Positions 8,781 to 18,150 of a DNA stretch of 64,000 nt are shown one piece after another (position 1 is the first letter of the stretch; every line of letters begins with the position of its first letter). The translations under genes and the position numbers were made by a program. This stretch comes from a virus, in the IMG/VR virus record IMGVR_UViG_3300030099_006395, positions 1 to 64,000 of that record. One strand, written 5' to 3'. The notes under the pieces are model-generated. The model did not search any database. It was not told the DNA's origin and saw only the letters and a list, made by a program, of their open reading frames with translations.

Positions 8781-9992
8781 ATGGCTGATAAATTTCAATT
8801 TGTATATGAAGACCCATCAACAACAGATATTAGTGGTTCAACACCTTATGGAACATACGACAATGACCATTCTTTTGTAAGTGAAAGTATAGGTCTTTGT
8901 AAATTTGTAGCTCGTAGGTTAGGACATCCAGTTATGCAACTTGAGATGAATAGTGGTTCTATATATGCAATGTACGAAGAGGCAGTTAATGAATATTCTC
9001 AACAAATGAACCACTACAATATGAAAAATTGGATGTGGAACTCATATGGTACAGAGAATAAAATAAGTGGTTCTCAATACGCTAGTAACTCTACATCATC
9101 AATGATGGGTACAGGTTCTCTACAAGCTCAAACACCGAGTATGGGAACAACATTTATGTTATCAGAACAATACGGACAAGCAGCACTTGTAGGTGGTAAT
9201 TCAAACTTATATTCAGGTTCAATTACACTATCTGGTTCTCAACAAGTTTATGATTTAAAATCAGAGGGTAGTTTTGAAAGTGCAGTGGGTTCAAACGATA
9301 GAATAGAAGTACAAAAAGTATTTAATTTTCAGAAGGCTGCAATATCAAAATTTTATGACCCTTATGTAGGTTCATTTGACCAACAACAAATGATAGATAA
9401 CTTTGGATTGGGTGATGTATCACCGGCAGTATCATTTATATTGAGACCAATATCACATGATATTAGTAGAGCTCAAGCTATTGAAACAAGTGATAAAGTT
9501 AGAAAATCAGCCTATTCATTTGAATTAATAAACAATAAGTTAAGAATATTTCCAATACCTGAAACAAGTGATGGTGGACAAAAAATATGGTTTCATTATT
9601 TTAAAAGAAGTGATTTGAGGGCTACAACAAATGATACATTGGTAAATAAAGTATCAGATCCTTCAAATGTGCCTTATAAGTTTATAACTTATGAAGAAAT
9701 AAATGCAGCTGGTAGACAATGGATTAAGAAATATACATTGGCTCTATCAAAAGAATTATTAGGAATTATTAGAAGTAAATACGCTTCAATGCCACTTCCA
9801 AATGGAGAAGTTAATTTAGATGGTGAAGCATTAAAATCGGAGGGTAGAGAAGAAAAAGACCAACTCTTAACAGAACTAAAAGAGTTTTTAGAGTCGGTAA
9901 GTTTAAAAGAACAAGCCGTAACAGAACAAGAAGTAGCTGATGCAAATCAAGGTGTATTGAATAAAGCTCCTCTTGGAATTTACATAGGATAA
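8781..9992 (+). CDS. neck/head-completion protein (gp13-like)
   Basis: RRLGHPVMQLEM; WIKKYTLALSKELLGIIRSKY...LPNGEVNLDGE...PLGIYIG resembles the gp13 C-terminus; position after MCP. Confidence 0.75.
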   Translation: MADKFQFVYEDPSTTDISGSTPYGTYDNDHSFVSESIGLCKFVARRLGHPVMQLEMNSGSIYAMYEEAVNEYSQQMNHYNMKNWMWNSYGTENKISGSQYASNSTSSMMGTGSLQAQTPSMGTTFMLSEQYGQAALVGGNSNLYSGSITLSGSQQVYDLKSEGSFESAVGSNDRIEVQKVFNFQKAAISKFYDPYVGSFDQQQMIDNFGLGDVSPAVSFILRPISHDISRAQAIETSDKVRKSAYSFELINNKLRIFPIPETSDGGQKIWFHYFKRSDLRATTNDTLVNKVSDPSNVPYKFITYEEINAAGRQWIKKYTLALSKELLGIIRSKYASMPLPNGEVNLDGEALKSEGREEKDQLLTELKEFLESVSLKEQAVTEQEVADANQGVLNKAPLGIYIG

Positions 9993-9996
9993 TATT

Positions 9997-10461
9997 ATGG
10001 CAAATAAACCATTTTTCGTACCACAAAAAGAAATTAATTTAATAGATTCAATGAACGAAGAGTTAATTGATGAGATTGTAGGACAAACTGTAGACATATA
10101 TAAAATATCTGTTGAAGATACAGATGATAATATTTATGGTGAATCATCTACTAAATATTATAACGATGGATTCAGAGTTAATTGTTTGATAAATTGGTCT
10201 GAACCGAGTGTAGACCAAGACGAGTTTGGTGCTGATGTCAACACATCTATAGAAATGTATTTTCATAGAACAACTTTAAAAGAAGCTGAGTTTTTTCCAG
10301 AAATTGGTGACATTGTAAATTGGAACGACTTTTATTTTGAAATAAATGCCGTAACAGAACCACAATTGATTGCAGGACATCAAAACTTTAAACATCAGAT
10401 ATTGGCTACTGCACATCGTTCAAGATTATCATCATTACAGATTGAAGAGAGACCAAGATAA
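9997..10461 (+). CDS. neck protein (gp14-like)
   Basis: DNIYGES, DEFG and PEIGDIV..NDFYFEI motifs; synteny. Confidence 0.65.
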   Translation: MANKPFFVPQKEINLIDSMNEELIDEIVGQTVDIYKISVEDTDDNIYGESSTKYYNDGFRVNCLINWSEPSVDQDEFGADVNTSIEMYFHRTTLKEAEFFPEIGDIVNWNDFYFEINAVTEPQLIAGHQNFKHQILATAHRSRLSSLQIEERPR

Positions 10462-10841
10462 TGGCTGTACAAAAAATAATAGGAAAAAAAATTACGAAGT
10501 TTGATACTTCTAATCCTAATTTTCAAGAAAAACCACAACCAAAAAAAGAGGTAAGTGGCAACATAGTTGAAGATACAGATGTTTATGGTGAAAAAAAACA
10601 TTTCTATAAACCAGATTCAAATGGTAACTTACAAATGGAACAATTGATGGGTAAGTTGATGAATAAGTTAGACAATATACCTGGTAAAAGTCAAACAGGT
10701 ACAAATGCAATTGAAGTTGATATTAAAAGAGAAATTGCAATTGGAAAAGTTGATTCTAATGCAGTAAAATCAGAGGAATTTAAAGGTAAAGTTAAAACTA
10801 AAAAAGATAAGTTAAAAGCTTTACGAAATAGGAGAAGGTAG
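10461..10841 (+). CDS. hypothetical late protein, C-terminal paralog of 2103..2432
   Basis: AIEVDIK...KGKVKTKKDKLKALR. Confidence 0.7.
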   Translation: MAVQKIIGKKITKFDTSNPNFQEKPQPKKEVSGNIVEDTDVYGEKKHFYKPDSNGNLQMEQLMGKLMNKLDNIPGKSQTGTNAIEVDIKREIAIGKVDSNAVKSEEFKGKVKTKKDKLKALRNRRR

Positions 10842-10842
10842 T

Positions 10843-12009
10843 ATGGCGTGTAATTGTCAGGGTGCGACAGTAAATTCATGTGGTTCATGTAGTTTTGATT
10901 GTGTAAATTCAGGAGATTCTTGTGGACCAATGGGATGTGGAACTTGTTCTGCTGGTGGTGGTGGCTCATCACTTTGTTTTGTAGCAGGAACTAAAGTAGC
11001 AATGGCTGATGGAACAGAAAAAAATATTGAAGAAATAGAAATAGGTGATGAAGTAAAATCGTGGAACGCCGTAACCAATGAATTTGAATCTAACAAAGTT
11101 ACTAAATTAATATCACCTATTCATGATGATATGGTTATTTTAACATGGGAACACACTTCTGTTAAAAGTACATTTGACCACCCATTTTGGTCTGTTGTTG
11201 ATAATGATTGGGTTTCATATAAACCAGAACTAACAAAAGAAAGATATGAATTTTGTAATGTAGAACAACTTGTGGTTGGAAATAAAGGTTTGTTTTTAAC
11301 TGATGATGGGGTGATTGAGTCTGAATTAATATCAATTGAAGAAGATATGGGAGAAGTTCAAACATACATTTTTGAATTGGATAATAATAATACATTTTTT
11401 GCTAATGGGATAGCCACTCATAATAAAGGAAGACCAGGACAAGGACCTCCAGCGGTTCAACCACAACCATCTCCACCTAAAGAACCATTTTTTATAAGAC
11501 CTGGAACAGGAAAAACTCCTGTAGTTTATAATAGAACTAGGGGGAGAAATAGAAGTTGTCCAAAAGGATATAGAATGCAAAACGGGATTTGTAAAGAAGT
11601 TAATAGAACCACTAATGTAATGGGTGGAATTAATCAAGGTTCTGTAGGAGCTGAAGGACCTCCAGAATGTTGTTACACGGGTTGCGGAACATTTCAGGTA
11701 TGGGTAGAATGTACTCAAGGTGGTGGTGCACCATACTATTTTTACGGTGACGGATTTGCAGCATCAGATGGATGTTCTTCACGTGGATGTCAGTTAGGTG
11801 GTGATGGTACTTTGGTAGGTGCATGTTTAGGTGCACAATCTGCTACTTATGGAACCGCTGAAGATATCTGTGGAAGTTGGCAAACTTGTAGTTGTCGTTG
11901 TCCAGTAGAAAATTGTGAAGACACATCAATTGTACCAACGGGTCAGGCTGCACCACCTAAAGGTGAGTTTAGCAGAGGTGGCCGTATAAGAAGACGTAGG
12001 AGAAGATAA
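10843..12009 (+). CDS. Cys-rich modular protein A with Hint domain and RGGRIRRRRRR tail
   Basis: 8 Cys in first 35 aa, Hint domain, Pro linker, CPKGYRMQNGIC module, CC-type Cys domain, poly-Arg tail. Confidence 0.8.
   Translation: MACNCQGATVNSCGSCSFDCVNSGDSCGPMGCGTCSAGGGGSSLCFVAGTKVAMADGTEKNIEEIEIGDEVKSWNAVTNEFESNKVTKLISPIHDDMVILTWEHTSVKSTFDHPFWSVVDNDWVSYKPELTKERYEFCNVEQLVVGNKGLFLTDDGVIESELISIEEDMGEVQTYIFELDNNNTFFANGIATHNKGRPGQGPPAVQPQPSPPKEPFFIRPGTGKTPVVYNRTRGRNRSCPKGYRMQNGICKEVNRTTNVMGGINQGSVGAEGPPECCYTGCGTFQVWVECTQGGGAPYYFYGDGFAASDGCSSRGCQLGGDGTLVGACLGAQSATYGTAEDICGSWQTCSCRCPVENCEDTSIVPTGQAAPPKGEFSRGGRIRRRRRR
10975..11424 (+). other. Hint (intein-like autoprocessing) domain, 150 aa, no endonuclease
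   Basis: Block A CFVAGTKVAMADGTEKNIEEIEIGDEV, block B STFDHPFW, block F/G TYIFELDNNNTFFANGIATHN, followed by Lys. Confidence 0.9.
11952..12008 (+). repeat. 57-nt dispersed repeat, copy 1 (encodes PPKGEFSRGGRIRRRRRR)
   Basis: 56/57 identical to 25977..26033. Confidence 0.95.
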
Positions 12010-12701
12010 TGAGAAAAGTTTGTCCAACCGGTTATACAATGATGAGAGGCGTTTGTAAGGAAATGTCAATTTCTCGCAGACCAAGGAGTAGAGATATACC
12101 TGGATGTTGTTCACAAGGTCCTGGTGAAATATCTTATATTTGTTCAGGTGGTGTAATGCATGCTTGGACTTGGATGTGTACTGATGGAGCTACATATAAT
12201 TTCGAATCAGCACAATGGGCGAATATAACACCATGTTATCATGATGGTTCAGTTAGTTGTACTTGTGTTGCTGATTGTTCGGGTATCGGTGGTTCGGATA
12301 AAGAAATACCAGGAGTAGCACCACCTAAAGGTAAGTTTAGAAGAGGTGGTAGATTATCACGTATGCAAAGGACAACATCAAAGAGTAGAGTACAATTAAA
12401 TAATAATAGAAATTGGATTCAAGTTAATTCTACTACTTTTAAATGGAATGGAAATGGACTTGCACCAACAGCACATGGATATTATATCACATGTCGTGAC
12501 CACGATAATCAAGTAAGTCATCAGATAGAATGTCATGTATCACATACTGGTGGTTCGATGCATGAAGATTGTCCAAATCCACCTTGTTATGATTTTGGAA
12601 CATCCGTTGCTGTATGTGATGGTGCTTGTCATGGAGAACAAGTGGGAATATCACCCATAGCAAGAGTAGGTGGTCGTATAAGAAGAAGGCGTAAAAAATA
12701 A
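12009..12701 (+). CDS. Cys-rich modular protein B (apparently two fused units)
   Basis: CPTGYTMMRGVC module; internal PPKGKFRRGGRL and terminal RVGGRIRRRRKK. Confidence 0.8.
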   Translation: MRKVCPTGYTMMRGVCKEMSISRRPRSRDIPGCCSQGPGEISYICSGGVMHAWTWMCTDGATYNFESAQWANITPCYHDGSVSCTCVADCSGIGGSDKEIPGVAPPKGKFRRGGRLSRMQRTTSKSRVQLNNNRNWIQVNSTTFKWNGNGLAPTAHGYYITCRDHDNQVSHQIECHVSHTGGSMHEDCPNPPCYDFGTSVAVCDGACHGEQVGISPIARVGGRIRRRRKK

Positions 12702-13561
12702 TGTCAGTAAAACCAATAACAAATAAACAAGTCGTAGCTTCATCTAATATTAATAGAGGAAAACAAATCTCTACAAAAGATACTAATGCCGATGGTAATA
12801 GTAGAAAAAGTTTTATACCTGGTATTAATTATAGTAACAATTATGCTATAACTTTAAAAGATATTGACACTGCAGTAATGACTCACATAAAAAATGTAAT
12901 AAAACCAAAAGTCAGAGAAGCTAATGAGACTATTGATGTTGGTGTAATGTATGGTAATGAAGAAAGATGGGCTTCTGTTAGAAAACGAGGAGTTATGAGA
13001 GACAAAAATGGTTCACTTATACTTCCATTGATAATGTTAAAAAGAACAGGTGTAGAAAAAAGTACATCAGTAGCTTCTTCGTTTGAACATGATGTTAAAA
13101 GAGAACATGATGTGGTTAGACATTCTAAATGGTCTAAAACAAATAGATATGATAGATTTGCAGTTCAAACTGGTAAAAAACCAGTAATAGAAAATTTATT
13201 AACAACGATGCCTAATTTCGTAAACATATCATATGATTTTGTTTTATGGACAAATTATATAGAACAAATGAATCCTTTAATTGAGACATTTACAGACCAA
13301 AATAATACATATTGGGGTGCTTCTGAAAATTATAAATTTTTATGTCAATTAGATTCTATATCAGACGCTTCAGAAATGAATCAAGATGGTGAAAGATTTA
13401 TAAAGTCAACATTTAGTGTTACAACAAAAGCTTATTTATTACCAGAATATACAAATTCTGTAGTTACAAATGAAATATCAAATTTAAGAAAAACCCTATC
13501 ACCATCAAAAGTTACTTTTGGATTTGAAGGTGATGCGAGTGATAAACAGGTGGGAAAATAA
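12701..13561 (+). CDS. tail terminator/sheath stabiliser (gp15-like)
   Basis: VMYGNEERW, LILPLIML and PNFVNISYDFVLWT..IEQMN.LIE motifs; located between neck and sheath. Confidence 0.65.
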   Translation: MSVKPITNKQVVASSNINRGKQISTKDTNADGNSRKSFIPGINYSNNYAITLKDIDTAVMTHIKNVIKPKVREANETIDVGVMYGNEERWASVRKRGVMRDKNGSLILPLIMLKRTGVEKSTSVASSFEHDVKREHDVVRHSKWSKTNRYDRFAVQTGKKPVIENLLTTMPNFVNISYDFVLWTNYIEQMNPLIETFTDQNNTYWGASENYKFLCQLDSISDASEMNQDGERFIKSTFSVTTKAYLLPEYTNSVVTNEISNLRKTLSPSKVTFGFEGDASDKQVGK

Positions 13562-14704
13562 ATGAGTTGTAATGAAAATCAAATCACGATAATAGTACAT
13601 GATGGTAATTATGTCGAATGTAGAGATCCTGAATCTATATGGCAAGGTTATCACTTTGGTAGTATGAGTAGTTGTGTGAATGCCAATGAGTGGAGTACAG
13701 ATATATTAAACGGGTGTCCAGATACAGGATGGAATTATTTATGTGGTTCTGAACAAGGAGAACATTGGGATTGTTTACGATGTGGAGACCCAATGGGAAC
13801 TATGGAATATTCAGGTGAAGGTCCTTGGCCATCTAGTCCATATTATGATTTTTACTGTGAAGATATAGTTGAACCACCTGTTCCACCTAAAGGGCCTTTT
13901 GGAAAACTTCCAAAAGATTCTTTTTTAAATCCTGGAGATAATCAAATTAGATCTAAAGATCATTTACTAAAACCTGGTGCTCAAAGTCGTAATAATCCGA
14001 TTAATATTTTCAGAAGAGATATAAGAGATAATAGAGACAAATCAAGAGATTGTCCAACAGGATATTCAATGAATCCAATAAAAGGTATTTGTCAAGAATC
14101 AATTTCAATTTATCAATCACAAAATAATAATAATTTCCCTCAACAGAGAAATGTACCGGCGTGTTGTACTCAACCTAACTCATCAGGAAAATGTTATTTT
14201 GGATGTGTACCATGTATAATGGGAGATGGACAAGCAGCACCAGGACCTCCACAATGTTTTCAGATTACTGATGCTCACACACATCCTTTTTCAGATGGTT
14301 GTAGTGGATATATGGGTACAGAACAAGTAATGGTAGATGTTGAAGTAAATGTTATAGATCCTGAAACAGGATTTCCTCAAATAAATCCAATAACAGGTGA
14401 AATAGTAACAGAAATTACACAAGAAGTTGATGTAGTACCTAGATATGGAACTTTATCTATGGCTTGTATGTTCAAATTAGAACAAATTAAACATCTACAA
14501 ACTACAGGATGTTCACATATGTATGGCCAATTGAATGGTAGTGTTTCTGTTTCATGTCATTGTTGGGCTTTTGAAAATCAAGAATGTCCTGGTCAAGGAG
14601 GTACAACAGATACTACTGGTAATACAGGTCCAAAAAGTGAGTTTAGAAGAGGTGGAAGAATTAGAAGAAGAGGTGGAAGAATTAGAAGAAGACGAAGAAG
14701 ATAA
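13562..14704 (+). CDS. Cys-rich modular protein C with duplicated RRGGRIR tail
   Basis: PPKGPF linker, CPTGYSMNPIKGIC module, PACCTQP domain, ends EFRRGGRIRRRGGRIRRRRRR. Confidence 0.8.
   Translation: MSCNENQITIIVHDGNYVECRDPESIWQGYHFGSMSSCVNANEWSTDILNGCPDTGWNYLCGSEQGEHWDCLRCGDPMGTMEYSGEGPWPSSPYYDFYCEDIVEPPVPPKGPFGKLPKDSFLNPGDNQIRSKDHLLKPGAQSRNNPINIFRRDIRDNRDKSRDCPTGYSMNPIKGICQESISIYQSQNNNNFPQQRNVPACCTQPNSSGKCYFGCVPCIMGDGQAAPGPPQCFQITDAHTHPFSDGCSGYMGTEQVMVDVEVNVIDPETGFPQINPITGEIVTEITQEVDVVPRYGTLSMACMFKLEQIKHLQTTGCSHMYGQLNGSVSVSCHCWAFENQECPGQGGTTDTTGNTGPKSEFRRGGRIRRRGGRIRRRRRR
14645..14686 (+). repeat. 21-nt perfect tandem duplication
   Basis: AGAAGAGGTGGAAGAATTAGA x2. Confidence 0.9.
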
Positions 14705-14733
14705 AAAAAACAACTTTTTAATTAATTTGATAT

Positions 14734-14746
14734 ATATTTATATATA
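14734..14746 (+). promoter_or_regulatory. putative late promoter
   Basis: ATATTTATATATA. Confidence 0.6.
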
Positions 14747-14772
14747 CTAAATAATAACAATGGAGGTTATAA

Positions 14773-15075
14773 ATGGCTGAAGAATCAAAATTAGCAGAAA
14801 AACTAAAAGACTCAACAAAATTTTCAGAAGAAGAAATGAAAACTGTAAAAGAAATACAACAGAGGTATGTTGATGTACAACATAAACTTGGACAACTTTC
14901 TGTAGCTGAAATAAGATTGAATCAACAATTAGATGCATTAAACATAACTAGAACAGAACTTAATGACACTTTTATAAAAACACAAAAAGAAGAAACTGAT
15001 TTTATAAAATCAATTACTGAAAAGTATGGTGATGGTGTTTTGAATCCTGAAACTGGTGAATACAACAAAAAATAA
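14773..15075 (+). CDS. small coiled-coil protein
   Basis: Heptad-like helix ending KYGDGVLNPETGEY; GGAGG SD. Confidence 0.7.
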   Translation: MAEESKLAEKLKDSTKFSEEEMKTVKEIQQRYVDVQHKLGQLSVAEIRLNQQLDALNITRTELNDTFIKTQKEETDFIKSITEKYGDGVLNPETGEYNKK

Positions 15076-15100
15076 GTTCGCTGTTTGAGCACTTACATAT

Positions 15101-15115
15101 CTATTTATATATGAA
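15101..15115 (+). promoter_or_regulatory. putative late promoter of sheath gene
   Basis: CTATTTATATATGAA followed by a 9-bp hairpin (TAGACTAAT/ATTAGTCTA, 15117-15143). Confidence 0.65.
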
Positions 15116-15188
15116 TTAGACTAATTGTGCACAGATTAGTCTATGTAGTCATACACAAAAATTTAATCGATTAATTAGGAGAAATCAC

Positions 15189-17438
15189 ATGGCAGAAAAA
15201 GTAGTTAGTCCAGGCGTATTTACCAATGAACTGGATCAATCTTTTTTACCTGCAGCTGTCGGAGAGATAGGTGCAGCAATTATAGGTCCTACGGTAAAAG
15301 GACCAGCTATGGTGCCAACAGTAGTTTCCTCATTTTCTGAATTTGAACAGAGATTTGGATCTACCGTAAAGAGTGGTAGTAATTACTACTCTTACTTGAC
15401 ATCAGTAGCAGCACAAAATTATTTAAGACATGGAAGTAAATTAACAGTTGTAAGAGTTCTTGATGGAACATTTTCAGAGGCAACAGCTTCTGTAGAAATA
15501 GCTAATTCTAGTGTTACTATAGGTTCAGCTTCTTTCATAATGGGTGGAACACCAGCACAATTTGTTGATGAAGAAGTTTATATCAATGGTGTAAACTTTA
15601 CATTTGTTGGAGCCGGAGACAAAATAGGCCTATTAAATAATTCAGCTACTCAAGTATTTGTAGCAACAGGTTCAACCACTCTTGCAACTGCAATTAATTT
15701 AAGAAACGCTATTCAATCAAACGCATCATTGACTGGATTAACACTTTCAGCATCAGTAAATTCTGGGTTTACTGTAGCAAACGATGCTACGATGAGTATT
15801 TTTTCAACAAGTGAATCAATAAATAACTTTTCAGTATCTAAATCAATGGCTACTGGAGCTGTAGGTTATTGGGGTACTGGAAGAGCAGGAATAGATAATG
15901 AAGCTACAAGTATAACATCTATGGGTGGTGCTGGTACTACAATTGCTGCAGGAAATTCTTCTAATGTATCTTTCAAACTACATACTTTGGGTGAAGGTTT
16001 AGTTATGAACAGTTTCGCTAGAAACGAAGCAATAGGAAGTAATAACACATTGTCTTCAGGTTCATCAGATAATTTAAGATATGAGATTACAAATGTAAAT
16101 CTTAAAAAAGGTACAATTACATTAGTAATTAGAAGAGGTGATGATACAGAAAAAAGAAAACAGGTATTAGAAACTTGGAATAATGTTTCTTTTGACCCGA
16201 AAGCTCCTAATTATATTGAAAAAATAATAGGAAGTCAATTTCATCAATTAGTAACTGACTCTGATGGTACGGCTTATATTCAACCAAAAGGTGACTATCC
16301 ACAACAATCTAAATATGTAAGAGTTGCGAAAGTAAATCAATTACCTGATTATTTAAATGAAAATGGTGAGGTATCTACAGCTTATGCAAATTCAGGTAGT
16401 TTTTTCCCATCAGTTGGAAGTGGTTCACTTCATGGAGCATTTGGTGGTGGTTCTGATGGAACTGCTGGAGTAGGTGGTACAAGATACGATGGTGGAAACA
16501 TCACAGCTAAATTCTATGATGATATAAATTCATCTAATAACCAACACATACAAGGATTTGATATTTCTGACCTTGCAAATGACAATGGTGGAACTGCATA
16601 CAACGACGCATTAAAACTATTATCAAATCAAGATGAATATGATATGAATCTACTTATGTTACCAGGTGTAACTAATGATGGTGGTTCGGCTATTATCAAT
16701 AAAGCTATTACGACTTGTGAGGAAAGAGGTGATTGTTTTGTAATCGCTGATCCAGTTGGGTATGGAGCAGTACAATCAGTAGCTATAACACAGGCTGAGT
16801 CATACGATTCAAATTACGCAGCTATGTATTGGCCTTGGGTACAAGTACAAGACAATAATCTTGGTAGAAATGTATGGGTACCGCCATCAGTAGTATTAGG
16901 TGGAATCTACGCATTCAATGATAAAGTAGCTCATCCATGGTTTGCACCAGCTGGTTTAAATCGTGGTGGAATTGATACAGCTATTCAAGCTGAAAGAAAA
17001 TTAACTCATGGAAACAGAGATACAATGTATGAGTCTAATTTGAATCCAATAGCTACATTCCCAGGACAAGGGGTGACTGTATTTGGACAAAAAACATTAC
17101 AGAAAAAATCATCAGCTCTTGATAGAGTAAATGTTAGAAGGTTAATGATTAGAGTTAAGAAATTCATTGCAGCTTCTTCAAGATTCCTTGTATTTGAACA
17201 AAACAATGTACAAACAAGAAGAAGATTCTTAAATATAGCTAATCCGTTTTTAGAGCAAGTACAATCTAATAGTGGTTTAAATGCATTTAAGATAGTAATG
17301 GATGATACAAATAATACTCCAGATGTTGTTGACAGAAATATCTTATTCGGACAGATATTCCTACAACCAACTAAAACTGCTGAGTTTATTGTATTAGACT
17401 TTACAATACAACCTACAGGAGCAACATTTCCTGAATAA
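15189..17438 (+). CDS. gp18: tail sheath protein
   Basis: SPGVFTNELD, IGPTVKGP, YWPW, PWFAPAGLNRG, GQKTLQ...DRVNVRRL and PTKTAEFI motifs. Confidence 0.95.
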   Translation: MAEKVVSPGVFTNELDQSFLPAAVGEIGAAIIGPTVKGPAMVPTVVSSFSEFEQRFGSTVKSGSNYYSYLTSVAAQNYLRHGSKLTVVRVLDGTFSEATASVEIANSSVTIGSASFIMGGTPAQFVDEEVYINGVNFTFVGAGDKIGLLNNSATQVFVATGSTTLATAINLRNAIQSNASLTGLTLSASVNSGFTVANDATMSIFSTSESINNFSVSKSMATGAVGYWGTGRAGIDNEATSITSMGGAGTTIAAGNSSNVSFKLHTLGEGLVMNSFARNEAIGSNNTLSSGSSDNLRYEITNVNLKKGTITLVIRRGDDTEKRKQVLETWNNVSFDPKAPNYIEKIIGSQFHQLVTDSDGTAYIQPKGDYPQQSKYVRVAKVNQLPDYLNENGEVSTAYANSGSFFPSVGSGSLHGAFGGGSDGTAGVGGTRYDGGNITAKFYDDINSSNNQHIQGFDISDLANDNGGTAYNDALKLLSNQDEYDMNLLMLPGVTNDGGSAIINKAITTCEERGDCFVIADPVGYGAVQSVAITQAESYDSNYAAMYWPWVQVQDNNLGRNVWVPPSVVLGGIYAFNDKVAHPWFAPAGLNRGGIDTAIQAERKLTHGNRDTMYESNLNPIATFPGQGVTVFGQKTLQKKSSALDRVNVRRLMIRVKKFIAASSRFLVFEQNNVQTRRRFLNIANPFLEQVQSNSGLNAFKIVMDDTNNTPDVVDRNILFGQIFLQPTKTAEFIVLDFTIQPTGATFPE

Positions 17439-17463
17439 TTAGGAAAAAATAAATAGAAAAAAT

Positions 17464-17496
17464 AAAGAGGCAGTAGAAATATTGCCTCTTTTTTTT
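17464..17496 (+). terminator. intrinsic terminator
   Basis: AAAGAGGCAGTA-GAAA-TATTGCCTCTTT plus T run. Confidence 0.85.
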
Positions 17497-17506
17497 GCTT
17501 TGTATG

Positions 17507-17521
17507 ATATTTATATATGAA
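17507..17521 (+). promoter_or_regulatory. putative late promoter
   Basis: ATATTTATATATGAA. Confidence 0.7.
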
Positions 17522-17565
17522 AATATGTAACAAGTTTATTGTAGTTACTAAATAGGAGAAAAATA

Positions 17566-18054
17566 ATGGCTGAATTGTTAAGCGCAAATGATATAATGTT
17601 TACACCATTTGAACCTAAAACTCAAAATAGGTTTGTATTTAATATCGACGGTATTCCAGCATATACTATAAAAGCTGGTAATAGACCAACAATTACATTT
17701 GAAGAGGTAGCTCTATCACATTTGAATGTAAAACGATATGTTAAGGGTAGAGGCGAATGGCAAACTTTAGACATAACATTATATGATCCAATAGTTCCAT
17801 CCGCAGCCCAAGCAGTTATGGAGTGGGTTAGATTACACCATGAATCAGTAACTGGTAGAGATGGGTATTCAGATTTTTATAAAAAAGATATTAATTGTCA
17901 ATTGTTAGGACCTGTAGGTGATATAGTAGAAGAATGGACATTGAAAGGTGCAATGATTCAATCTGCTAACTTTGGTGCATTATCTTTTGATGCGAGTGAC
18001 CCTGTTGATATAACACTCACATTAAGATATGACTACGCAATACTTCAATTCTAA
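17566..18054 (+). CDS. gp19: tail tube protein
   Basis: FEPKTQNRF, ITLYDPI, YKKDI..QLLGPVGDIVEEWTLKGA, LTLRYDYA; follows sheath. Confidence 0.9.
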   Translation: MAELLSANDIMFTPFEPKTQNRFVFNIDGIPAYTIKAGNRPTITFEEVALSHLNVKRYVKGRGEWQTLDITLYDPIVPSAAQAVMEWVRLHHESVTGRDGYSDFYKKDINCQLLGPVGDIVEEWTLKGAMIQSANFGALSFDASDPVDITLTLRYDYAILQF

Positions 18055-18078
18055 ATTAAGTTGACATAATACGATATT

Positions 18079-18110
18079 AAAACCCTTGAAAAAAAATCAA
18101 GGGTTTTTTT
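18079..18110 (+). terminator. intrinsic terminator
   Basis: AAAACCCTTGA...TCAAGGGTTTT plus T run. Confidence 0.85.
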
Positions 18111-18119
18111 ATTTTGTAT

Positions 18120-18134
18120 ATATTTATATATGAA
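18120..18134 (+). promoter_or_regulatory. putative late promoter
   Basis: ATATTTATATATGAA. Confidence 0.7.
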
Positions 18135-18150
18135 TAAGTTATGAGGTTTT

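Noticed and set aside
10975-11424. Mobile canonical intein
   Set aside because: No homing endonuclease, +1 residue is Lys, and the host protein is not a conserved enzyme
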